Positions 18,007-24,778 of a DNA stretch of 24,778 nucleotides are shown here, one piece after another. The notes under the pieces are model-generated. The model did not search any database. It worked only from the letters and a program-made list of their open reading frames with translations, and was not told the DNA's origin. The translations under genes and the position numbers were made by a program. Every line of letters begins with the position of its first letter. The first letter of the stretch is position 1. Source of the DNA: a virus (Duplodnaviria; Caudoviricetes); IMG/VR virus record IMGVR_UViG_3300044580_000024, positions 1 through 24,778 of that record. The stretch is one strand, 5' to 3'.

Positions 18007-18347
18007 TGGAAAATGAAACAAATAAGCCTCAGGTCGATTTTGAAGATTACACCAAGCTTAAGTATCAGCTTACCTATGAGCTCAAGAGTCTGGCTGAGAA
18101 TGTAAATCAGCTAACTACCACTGTGGGTAAAAAGTTCGAAGCTACCGACAGTCGTATTGCTATGATTGAAGAACTTCTTTGCAAAAGACCGACCAAGAAA
18201 GCGACGTCGGAGTCGGCAGAGTCCTCCCTGTCGCCAACTATAAAGTGGTTACTTATCGTAATCTTCGGCGTCGCCTTTCTTGGGGCACTTGGAGCCGCAA
18301 TCGGGATTAACTTATTGGGGTATTTAGACAAAGTACCTACACCGTAA
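18003..18347 (+). CDS. Membrane protein of the lysis cassette (coiled coil plus C-terminal TM; holin-associated)
   Basis: AGGAGG RBS and ATGA overlap with the giant gene. C-terminal hydrophobic helix WLLIVIFGVAFLGALGAAIGINLLG. Confidence 0.65.
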   Translation: MMENETNKPQVDFEDYTKLKYQLTYELKSLAENVNQLTTTVGKKFEATDSRIAMIEELLCKRPTKKATSESAESSLSPTIKWLLIVIFGVAFLGALGAAIGINLLGYLDKVPTP

Positions 18348-18362
18348 GAAAGGAGTAAAGCT

Positions 18363-18797
18363 ATGAACTTTTGGAATGACCAGTTGCTTGGTCAGATTCT
18401 CACAATCTTGATACCGATACTTGCTACAGCCGTTGGAGGAGTTATTACTGCCCTCGGGGCTCGGCTTGTTTCGTATGTCAAGGAAAAGAATGACAACAGA
18501 CGGTTTGACAAATACCTCGATATTTTCGAGAAAACCGTCTACGACGTTGTTGCCGGTCTCAATCAATCCACAGTTAAAGTAATTAAAGAGGCTGCAGCTG
18601 ACGGGAAGCTTACTGAGGAGGAAAAGCAGAGAATATTCGAGACCGCAAAGGCCGATATATATGGTGTACTTGGGCCCAAGGGTATCGAGGTTCTTCAGAC
18701 TGTTTATGCTGACCTCGAGGCCCTCATCAAATACAAGATTGAGGCTACCGTACTAGAGGAAGCTCAAAAGGAGGCGTTCAACTGTGCCAAAGCTTAA
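18363..18797 (+). CDS. Putative holin (single N-terminal TM, LL-H-like)
   Basis: N-terminal TM, then VAGLNQSTVKVIKEAAADGKLTEEEK...IEATV pattern. Located upstream of the endolysin. Confidence 0.7.
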   Translation: MNFWNDQLLGQILTILIPILATAVGGVITALGARLVSYVKEKNDNRRFDKYLDIFEKTVYDVVAGLNQSTVKVIKEAAADGKLTEEEKQRIFETAKADIYGVLGPKGIEVLQTVYADLEALIKYKIEATVLEEAQKEAFNCAKA

Positions 18798-18963
18798 CAT
18801 GAGATACTACAACGGTGAGGTTGACGACGACCTTCCTTATGTTGGTGTTCTCAAACTCGACGAAAAGACTGGCCTTATCTACGACGAGGAGGACGACGTA
18901 GTAGACCAGCTTACTATCGACGGGTTCTGTGAAGGCGATACCGGGGGTGAAGCAGGTGAGTAA
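18784..18963 (+). CDS. Small acidic protein (59 aa), absent from the ORF track
   Basis: AAGGAGG at ~18768-18774, GTG 18784, TAA 18961-18963. Translation: MPKLNMRYYNGEVDDDLPYVGVLKLDEKTGLIYDEEDDVVDQLTIDGFCEGDTGGEAGE. Fills the holin-lysin gap with overlaps at both ends. Confidence 0.75.
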   Translation: MPKLNMRYYNGEVDDDLPYVGVLKLDEKTGLIYDEEDDVVDQLTIDGFCEGDTGGEAGE

Positions 18964-19675
18964 TAGCCCTTTGGCCGTTTATACTAAGCTCTCTCCAAAC
19001 TGCACAAAGCCTCGCAATCACGCCATCGACACAATCTCTGTCCACTGTATGGCAGGCAACCTGTCTGTGGAAGCCTGCCTCAACTTGTCTCGTTTCATCA
19101 CTTACGACCCAGTCAATGGGGCTTCTTGCAACTATGCAGTTGGTACTGATGGCCGTATAGGTCTTGGGGTTGATGAGGCAAACAGGTCGTGGTGTACCTC
19201 GTCAAAAACAAACGACCACAGAGCTATTACCATTGAGGTGGCCAATGACGGTGGTGCACCTGACTGGCACGTCTCTGACAAGGCCTTGGCTGCTCTTATT
19301 GCTCTAATCATGGACATCTGCAAACGCAACAATATTAAGCAGCTTCTATGGCAAGGCAATAAGAACCTTATCGGCCAAGTTGAGAAACAGAACATGACAG
19401 TCCACAGGTGGTTTGCTGCTAAAGCTTGCCCTGGGGACTACCTCTACAACAAGCATTACTACATCGCTGAAGAGGTCAATAAAAAACTTAAGGAGGTCAA
19501 ACCTGTGGACAAACTGGACAATACCCCGGACTCGTATGCCAAAGAGACCATTGACTGGGCCCTGAAGAACAAGATTTTGTTGGGCGACGACAAGGGCAAT
19601 CTCAAGCTTCACGAGCCGGTCACAAGGCAAGACGTGCTTGTCTTCATCAAACGCACATATGATTTGATGAAATAG
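18956..19675 (+). CDS. Endolysin, N-acetylmuramoyl-L-alanine amidase (Amidase_2) with C-terminal SLH-like domain
   Basis: Motifs ISVHCMAG, ASCNYAVG, AITIEVAN and HRWFAAKACPG. C-terminal YAKETIDWALKNKILLGD...PVTRQD is SLH-like. GTG 18956 (MSNSPL...) follows GGGGGTGA and is preferred to the track's 18929. Confidence 0.9.
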   Translation: MSNSPLAVYTKLSPNCTKPRNHAIDTISVHCMAGNLSVEACLNLSRFITYDPVNGASCNYAVGTDGRIGLGVDEANRSWCTSSKTNDHRAITIEVANDGGAPDWHVSDKALAALIALIMDICKRNNIKQLLWQGNKNLIGQVEKQNMTVHRWFAAKACPGDYLYNKHYYIAEEVNKKLKEVKPVDKLDNTPDSYAKETIDWALKNKILLGDDKGNLKLHEPVTRQDVLVFIKRTYDLMK

Positions 19676-19715
19676 CAATATTCTCATCAATTTAGAGGCA
19701 CCTAGCATCATCCCT

Positions 19716-19745
19716 GTGACACGCTCATATATTCACTGATATAAT
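19716..19745 (+). promoter_or_regulatory. Candidate sigma-A/70 promoter with extended -10, pointing at the terminator
   Basis: GTGACA 19716-19721, 18-nt spacer, TGn-TATAAT (TATAAT 19740-19745). Confidence 0.45.
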
Positions 19746-19780
19746 TACATTGTCAAAAAATTGAGAATTAACGAACATAC

Positions 19781-19812
19781 AAAAAGACCAGTCATTTCTG
19801 ACTGGCCTTTTT
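19781..19812. terminator. Bidirectional rho-independent terminator between the convergent arms
   Basis: AAAAAG-A-CCAGTCA-TTTC-TGACTGG-C-CTTTTT. On the - strand it has a GAAA tetraloop and the mismatch becomes G-U. A T-run follows the stem on both strands. Confidence 0.9.
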
Positions 19813-19838
19813 GCGAAAGTGAAGTGGCCGGAGAAAGT

Positions 19839-20273
19839 TTAGTTGTCCTCTTCGAGGTCCAAGTCGTCCAAGTCGAGCGGTTTGACTGTTTCTGCCGGAG
19901 CAGTTGCCTCGGCGACGGCCTTTTCCTTCTTGGGTCTCGGGGCAGCCTTCGCAGCCTTGTAGGCGTCGATGATTTCCTGAAGCTCCTTGGAGCCCTTTTC
20001 CCAAACATAGGTCTTGCCCTTATCTGTGGTCATGTCCCTGAAGTGCTTTCTCAGGAAGATACGAAGGTCACGGCCGGTGATACCCAGCTGTTCGGCGAGC
20101 CCGGCAGCACCAATCTGATTGGCGCCGATTTTGGCTTCGCGAGGGGCTTTCTCTTTCTTTTCCTTGGGAGCTTTCTTCTCGGTCGCAGCGGTCAGTTCCT
20201 GCTCCATTTCGTCAATCTCGAGCTCGTCCAGGTCCTCGACAACGGGAGCGGTGTTGGGTACGTTCTTAGACAT
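19839..20273 (-). CDS. Putative DNA-binding protein (HTH-like core, acidic termini), 144 aa
   Basis: AAGGAGG RBS. AAGLAEQLGITGRDLRIFLRKHF is helix-turn-helix-like, with Lys/Ala/Pro/Glu linkers. Has its own promoter and terminator. Confidence 0.7.
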   Translation of the reverse strand: MSKNVPNTAPVVEDLDELEIDEMEQELTAATEKKAPKEKKEKAPREAKIGANQIGAAGLAEQLGITGRDLRIFLRKHFRDMTTDKGKTYVWEKGSKELQEIIDAYKAAKAAPRPKKEKAVAEATAPAETVKPLDLDDLDLEEDN

Positions 20274-20321
20274 TTTAGCGTCCTCCTTAAAATATTTTTG
20301 GGTAGTTTTATTTACAATTCT

Positions 20322-20350
20322 ATTATATCATGGTACTGTCAATTTGTCAA
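20322..20350 (-). promoter_or_regulatory. Consensus sigma-A/70 promoter for the HTH-like gene
   Basis: - strand TTGACA (20350-20345), 17-nt spacer ending TGa, then TATAAT (20327-20322). Confidence 0.9.
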
Positions 20351-20661
20351 CCCCTATTTTTATAAGGGATGAAAATCTTTTTGCCGTCTCGAATATCGAG
20401 AGCCTCCTGTACCGAGTATGCAACTCCAGCTCGTCCTCCGGAGTAATGAACGTCGTCCAAAAACATCTTTTGCAGCTCTGAGGGTTCTTCCTTCGGCATC
20501 TTCAGCTCAATAGCGATATAGCGACCTCTCCAGCAACCCGTTATATCAGCTATCCCTACTTCCGTGTACGGTCCTCCGTGATTCTTGACCCATCGTCCTC
20601 CCTCGGCTTTGAGTCGAGAGAGGACTTTCTGGGACAAGCCGGTTTCAGGCTTCCTGGGCAT
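20347..20661 (-). CDS. VRR-NUC domain nuclease (Holliday junction resolvase-like)
   Basis: PETGL...KNHGG...GIADITGCWRGRYIAIELK...PSELQKMFL...GGRAGVAYSV is the PD-(D/E)xK VRR-NUC pattern. Confidence 0.9.
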   Translation of the reverse strand: MPRKPETGLSQKVLSRLKAEGGRWVKNHGGPYTEVGIADITGCWRGRYIAIELKMPKEEPSELQKMFLDDVHYSGGRAGVAYSVQEALDIRDGKKIFIPYKNRG

Positions 20662-21167
20662 TAGATGTCAATCTCGTCGGCGTCGTCGTCCACATCGAAC
20701 GGAGCCTCATTGGTCGAGGAAGAGAGGTTATCAATAACATCTTCCTTGGCTTTCTGGTCGGCCCTTACGAAGCCCTTATCGCCTTTGACCACACGGTAAA
20801 TCTCAGCGACCTGAGCAGCCTTTTTCTTCTGACCGTCCTTCTCATATTCCCTGTGGCTGACGGTGATTCCTACAATCTTGCCGATATAGGCGTCCGTGTT
20901 AATCTGCATAGCAGACTTGGGCACGTCCACACCACAGGCAATAAGAGTATTGCGGAGGTTGAACAGACCGGCCGGGACAAGGGTTGTGTTGTGGAATACC
21001 TGGGAGCCTTTTTCCGGGCCAGTGCCGATGACAAGGGTCCACTTAAGGTATTTGCCTTTTTGGCCATCTTCGAGGGTAATGGTCTTCACCTTGCAGACAT
21101 AATCACCCTCCGGGGGGATACTAAAGCCCTCCCCTACGTCTGTAAAGTCGATGTTGAATCTTGGCAT
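20661..21167 (-). CDS. Single-stranded DNA-binding protein (DUF669-like)
   Basis: IDFTDV...IPPEGDYVCKV...YLKWTL pattern with acidic tail APFDVDDDADEIDI. ATG 21167 follows AAAGGAG and the upstream stop, so it is preferred to the track's 21200. Confidence 0.8.
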   Translation of the reverse strand: MPRFNIDFTDVGEGFSIPPEGDYVCKVKTITLEDGQKGKYLKWTLVIGTGPEKGSQVFHNTTLVPAGLFNLRNTLIACGVDVPKSAMQINTDAYIGKIVGITVSHREYEKDGQKKKAAQVAEIYRVVKGDKGFVRADQKAKEDVIDNLSSSTNEAPFDVDDDADEIDI

Positions 21168-21168
21168 T

Positions 21169-22065
21169 TTAGTTTTCTCCTTTCGGCTTGTAGCCACCAT
21201 TCATAATTTTGACCAGAGACTCAAATCTCGGGTTCACAATGGAGTTGGGTGTTTGAGCACCCATGGGCAACCGGATTTTTGCCATATAACGGGGCCCCGG
21301 AGCAATTCTCATACAGAACCGATTCCGAGTTTTGCCTGTGTTAGCATCCACGGACTCCGAGACGTAGGTGCGTCCGATTACGTCTACAGCGGCTCCGAGA
21401 ATGCCTCTCACAGACGGTGTAACCTGTGGGTATACGGAGGCATCGTCTGACTCTAGGTCTTCATCTCTATCCCTCTTTTCCTGCGCAATAAAGACGACAT
21501 TCATAGGGAGGTTTCTGAAGTCGATAAGCCACCTCTTCATGATTTGAGATAAGCCACCCCAGTCACGCTTTGTAGGCATATCCATGTCCTTGGAGAGGTC
21601 GAAGTCGGCCTCCTTGTTCATAATATACCTCATCGCAACTTCCTGAAGTGTGGTGATATTATCGAGTACCACAGTCTTGAAAGGGTGTTTCCCAGACTTA
21701 AGGTACCAGAAGCCTTGGACAAGCATCTCGAACTCATCGACTGCCCTCTTCTTAGCTCGGCCATCCTCTGTGGCAAGAACTCGAGTACCTCTCTCGTTAA
21801 TGTCAAAGATGATGGGGTCTGGGAAGGTGCCAGCTAGGGTCGTTTTGCCCGTACCGTTCGGGCCATAAAAGAGAGCCTTGATAAAGTCTTCTGACTCATG
21901 GGTGATAGCCTGAATACCAGCCTCGAAGTCGGTGAAGTCTCCCAAGTCAATGGAGCTGACTTTCTGGGTCTTCATCTCCTTAGGCGCTTCAGTCATAGTT
22001 GTGGAGTCGTCGAGGTCAAGGTCAAAATCATTCGATATCTCCGGCTTCGTCTTCGCTTTCGCCAT
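21169..22065 (-). CDS. AAA_24 / Sak4-like ATPase (phage recombinase)
   Basis: Walker A YGPNGTGKTT, Walker B TVVLDNIT, and DWG and NVVFIAQE motifs. Sits between an exonuclease and an SSB. ATG 22065 follows AGGAGG. Confidence 0.85.
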   Translation of the reverse strand: MAKAKTKPEISNDFDLDLDDSTTMTEAPKEMKTQKVSSIDLGDFTDFEAGIQAITHESEDFIKALFYGPNGTGKTTLAGTFPDPIIFDINERGTRVLATEDGRAKKRAVDEFEMLVQGFWYLKSGKHPFKTVVLDNITTLQEVAMRYIMNKEADFDLSKDMDMPTKRDWGGLSQIMKRWLIDFRNLPMNVVFIAQEKRDRDEDLESDDASVYPQVTPSVRGILGAAVDVIGRTYVSESVDANTGKTRNRFCMRIAPGPRYMAKIRLPMGAQTPNSIVNPRFESLVKIMNGGYKPKGEN

Positions 22066-23098
22066 TTTCGTCTTCCTCCTGACTTTCAAAGTTTAGCTTA
22101 ATAATCATGGATATATCAAGACCCTGTATCTCAGCGATACACAAGTCACGATATTCGCACCGAGGACGGTCACATGTCCAAGACAAGTTGCGGGTCGGAG
22201 CTTTGCCACTGATGGCCCTTATCTGTTTACCACAGTTGATAAACTCCGTAAGGGTCATCTTAAGCAAAGACTGCGACTTGGTGAGAGGTACTCGTTTGTA
22301 GAACACGTTAGTGTCCATATACTCAAGAATCTCCTCGTAGTCAGCCGGGTCACCCCCAATTCTCTTGATACACTCAAGATAGGTATGCCTATCACATTTA
22401 ATCTTGCGTTTTGACAGGGTACCATTCTTGAGTATTTCAGGAATAGTCGGAGGAGCAGTTTTCAAGTAGTCAAGGATAACTCCCTTGATTTGGCTTTTGC
22501 TGTACCCAAGCTTGTCCGACAAAACTTCCATAACATACAAGTAGATTGTAGTCTGAAAGTCAGTCATCTTGAACTCCTCTGTAGGCAGATCTTTCTTGAC
22601 CGTTTTATGTTCAAAGCACCATATGCTGTTGTCTGTGGTGTCGAGCACTATTAGGTCGATAACGCCTGTAAGTACAATCGGTGTTCCCTCGATACGAACA
22701 CGGAAAGGGACTTCAGCAGCAATGGTCTTGTACCGCTTGTCCGACTCCAGGTAATAGTAATGGTATCCACGCATAATTCTGTAGGCGTCTCCGGGGATGT
22801 CTCCAAGCTCAATCCTCTCTTCCTCGAACAGCTTGGACCAGTCACCTTCCTTGAAGTTTTTGATTTCTTGAACCCAGTTTTTGCCAAGAGCTCTGGCCTC
22901 AAGACACGAGTGAACTAATCCCCCGAGGGTGAGGGGTCTGACTTTACGCTTGGGCCGAAGCTTTTGAACATATCGGTAGTCATGGGCCAGTTGACAGCTT
23001 TTCCACTTCTTGGCTCGTGATACCGATAACTCGATAAGTCCTTCGCCATCGCATACTCCAATATCAATAGGGACTTTACCATCTCGAGTTTTCAACAA
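22028..23098 (-). CDS. PD-(D/E)xK exonuclease, Cas4/AddB-like with probable Fe-S cluster
   Basis: LSVSR...SCQ, LGGLVHSCLE, E...LTGVIDL...EHKT and QTTIY motifs. C-terminal CDRPRCEYRDLC gives the 1+3 Cys arrangement. TTG start (23098 or 23095) after AAGGAGG. Confidence 0.85.
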   Translation of the reverse strand: MLKTRDGKVPIDIGVCDGEGLIELSVSRAKKWKSCQLAHDYRYVQKLRPKRKVRPLTLGGLVHSCLEARALGKNWVQEIKNFKEGDWSKLFEEERIELGDIPGDAYRIMRGYHYYYLESDKRYKTIAAEVPFRVRIEGTPIVLTGVIDLIVLDTTDNSIWCFEHKTVKKDLPTEEFKMTDFQTTIYLYVMEVLSDKLGYSKSQIKGVILDYLKTAPPTIPEILKNGTLSKRKIKCDRHTYLECIKRIGGDPADYEEILEYMDTNVFYKRVPLTKSQSLLKMTLTEFINCGKQIRAISGKAPTRNLSWTCDRPRCEYRDLCIAEIQGLDISMIIKLNFESQEEDENGESEDEAGDIE

Positions 23099-23119
23099 CT
23101 ATTCCTCCTTTACAATTAT

Positions 23120-23148
23120 ATTATAAGACACTTTTACTGGATTGTCAA
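23120..23148 (-). promoter_or_regulatory. Consensus sigma-A/70 promoter for the recombination operon
   Basis: - strand TTGACA (23148-23143), 17-nt spacer, TATAAT (23125-23120), followed closely by the RBS. Confidence 0.9.
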
Positions 23149-23157
23149 CTGCAAAGT

Positions 23158-23463
23158 TTACTCAAAGAACTGAAAAGGTATATCCCAGTTGTAATCGAAG
23201 TAGTTCTCTCTCCACTCATCAAGAAAGTTTCTCAACTGGTCATACTTGAGTTTGGAGACAATGTTGTTCTTGAGGTCTACAACTCTTACAGACAATATAC
23301 CAAGACCAAGATTCTCATTCAAAGTTCTGTAAGTTGTCACAGCCCCAATTAGGTTACCACGGAAGCCAGGACCACCTTTAAACTCCATCACAAAGACGTA
23401 ACGGACTTCTGTGGGGGTCTTGTTAATATCCGTGGCGTTAGCTCTAAAGTTTCTCTCTTTCAT
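23158..23463 (-). CDS. Hypothetical phage protein (101 aa)
   Basis: AAAGGAG RBS. Packed directly behind the upstream gene. Confidence 0.7.
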   Translation of the reverse strand: MKERNFRANATDINKTPTEVRYVFVMEFKGGPGFRGNLIGAVTTYRTLNENLGLGILSVRVVDLKNNIVSKLKYDQLRNFLDEWRENYFDYNWDIPFQFFE

Positions 23464-23464
23464 T

Positions 23465-23659
23465 TTAATACTCCTTTCTTTGCTGATTTAGCTCATAATA
23501 ATAGTCTTCTACGTGTTCGTCAATGAACTCTGAATAAGCTTCCTTGGTATACTCCTCTGGCTTATCAATGTCCAAAGTTCTACAGATATCCTGAACAAAG
23601 TCTATCTGTTTTGCAGTTGGGGAGTCTACTTCTCCAAAATCCAGTCTAATCTTTGGCAT
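23465..23659 (-). CDS. Hypothetical phage protein (64 aa, PTAKQIDF motif)
   Basis: GAGGTGA RBS overlapping the polymerase stop. Tight gene packing. Confidence 0.7.
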   Translation of the reverse strand: MPKIRLDFGEVDSPTAKQIDFVQDICRTLDIDKPEEYTKEAYSEFIDEHVEDYYYELNQQRKEY

Positions 23660-23663
23660 CCTA

Positions 23664-24778
23664 TCACCTCATTTTATGCGGATAAGGTTCTCCAATATTC
23701 CACTCTTTTGCATCTCCCCAGTGGTTGCCTATTTTAAGGTCTCCAGGAATAAGCAAGGGTGGAGTATAGTCAAACCATTCCTTTAGTCGGCTAGCATCGT
23801 CAAAAGTATTCTTAATAATTGGGGCCCAATAGTCTATCTTGTCATTACGGACCTCAAAGTAAATAGCATCATGCACGGAACCCACAGGCCTGATTGTTTT
23901 GAAGTCTGGGTCCTTCGGTAGAATATGCTTGAAGTAAATCTCAATAGCGGCTGAGAGAACATAATCACTACCAAAACCTTGAACAGGTGAGTTGATTGCT
24001 TCTCGTTCAGCTGAAGCCCGTATGCCCTCATCAGAGGAATAAATATCTGGAAGACGTCTTTTACGTCCTATCGGAGAGACAACATACCCAAGTTTTCTTA
24101 CGGTATTTTTCATCCTTCTGTGCCACTCAGGTAAGTCATGATACAACTCAAAGAAACGTTCACGGAAAGCTTTTGCTTCATCATCACTAACCCTCACACC
24201 GTATTTTTCCCAGGCATAAGTCTTGAACTTCCTCCAGCCCATGCCGTATAAGAAGCCAAAGTTTACGGCTTTTGCCTTTTTGCGTTCATCCCCAGTTACG
24301 GCTTCGGCAGCTTTATGAGCAACGGCTGCAGCTGTAGTTCGATGAATATCTCCACCTGTGGCATAAATTCGAAGCATTGTGTTTTCATGAGCCACAGCAG
24401 CTGCAACACGAAGCTCAATCTGAGAACCGTCAATCTCAAGGAATGACCACCCCGGAGGTGCCCCTATGAGTCGTCTGATAAAGTTATCACGTGGCACTTG
24501 ATGAACACCATCTTCTCCTGACAGTCTTCCTGTTACTGTTCCGTGGAGCTTGAAGTTTGGGTGTAATCTTGAGTTTACATCAAGTTTTGCGGCCCAAGGA
24601 CGAAGATAGGTATTCATATATTTTGCCCATTTACGATACTCTAGTAAACCTCTCAATACGGGGTGGTCAATCTCTGCATCAAGATTTATAATAACGGACT
24701 CTGCTGTACTCGGAGCTCCTGTTCCAGTTCTAGCCAATACTGGGAAGTTAAAGCCATCCTCTTGGAAGAAAAGTTGAC
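23664..24778 (-). CDS. DNA polymerase family A, C-terminal polymerase domain (5'-truncated by the window)
   Basis: GTVTGRLS, motif A DGSQIELR, motif B RKKAKAVNFGFLYGMG, AINSPVQG and motif C VHDA. The frame stays open to the window edge (QLFFQEDGFNFPVLARTGTGAPST), so 24737 is not the start. Confidence 0.95.
   Translation of the reverse strand, partial: QLFFQEDGFNFPVLARTGTGAPSTAESVIINLDAEIDHPVLRGLLEYRKWAKYMNTYLRPWAAKLDVNSRLHPNFKLHGTVTGRLSGEDGVHQVPRDNFIRRLIGAPPGWSFLEIDGSQIELRVAAAVAHENTMLRIYATGGDIHRTTAAAVAHKAAEAVTGDERKKAKAVNFGFLYGMGWRKFKTYAWEKYGVRVSDDEAKAFRERFFELYHDLPEWHRRMKNTVRKLGYVVSPIGRKRRLPDIYSSDEGIRASAEREAINSPVQGFGSDYVLSAAIEIYFKHILPKDPDFKTIRPVGSVHDAIYFEVRNDKIDYWAPIIKNTFDDASRLKEWFDYTPPLLIPGDLKIGNHWGDAKEWNIGEPYPHKMR

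Larger units (their letters stand above)
1..24778. mobile_element. Tailed dsDNA phage (Caudoviricetes) genome segment, podovirus-like; lysogeny status undetermined
   Basis: Contiguous terminase-portal-scaffold-capsid-adaptor-nozzle-ejection-lysis order on +, converging with a replication/recombination arm on -. No tape measure, tail tube or sheath, and no host housekeeping genes. Confidence 0.95.

Noticed and set aside
19726-19756. Minus-strand promoter antisense to the endolysin (TTGACA at 19756-19751)
   Set aside because: No acceptable -10 hexamer at 16-18 nt spacing.
19761-20372. 203-aa + strand ORF downstream of the orphan promoter
   Set aside because: It is antisense to the well-supported 144-aa gene, has no RBS, and is crossed by the terminator near its start.
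22028-23098. Cas4-like gene as evidence of a CRISPR-Cas system
   Set aside because: There is no array and no other cas gene. The context (AAA ATPase, SSB, VRR-NUC) is an ordinary phage recombination module.
23664-24778. Polymerase motif variants (DGSQIELR, HDA) as a sign of modified-base DNA
   Set aside because: Catalytic Asp residues and motif B are intact, these positions vary among phage family A polymerases, and no base-modification genes are visible here.
1-24778. Stop-codon reassignment, introns/inteins, tRNAs, integrase/att sites
   Set aside because: Genes are full length under the standard code, and TAA, TAG and TGA all end genes. No interrupted terminase, capsid or polymerase segment, no cloverleaf, and no recombinase or att core was recognised.

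Overview
The whole window is part of a tailed dsDNA phage genome (phage or prophage; no integrase or att site is visible) with a podovirus-like virion module. The host is probably a Bacillota/Clostridia-type bacterium, inferred from strong AAGGAGG RBSs, consensus sigma-A promoters and an endolysin with an SLH-like tail. The + strand (1-19675) carries, in order: the 3' end of a Kelch-like repeat gene, small and large terminase, portal, scaffold, two head-decoration candidates, major capsid, adaptor, nozzle, two ejection-type proteins (one a 2184-aa multi-domain protein) and a lysis cassette. The - strand (19839-24778) carries a family A DNA polymerase (truncated by the window edge), two small genes, a Cas4-like nuclease / AAA ATPase / SSB / VRR-NUC recombination module and a separately transcribed HTH-like gene. 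The two arms converge on a bidirectional terminator. The most unusual observations are: (i) a zincin protease domain plus a 720-aa cargo insert bracketed by P-x-F-[AS] motifs inside the giant protein; (ii) DNA-homogenised Kelch blades that vary mainly in loop positions; (iii) a VLDPVTPxD peptide shared by the TerL tail and the adjacent small membrane protein; (iv) a two-state RNA structure over the scaffold RBS; (v) an unannotated acidic 59-aa ORF between holin and endolysin. All calls are by-eye motif and synteny recognition; no searches or folding computations were run.
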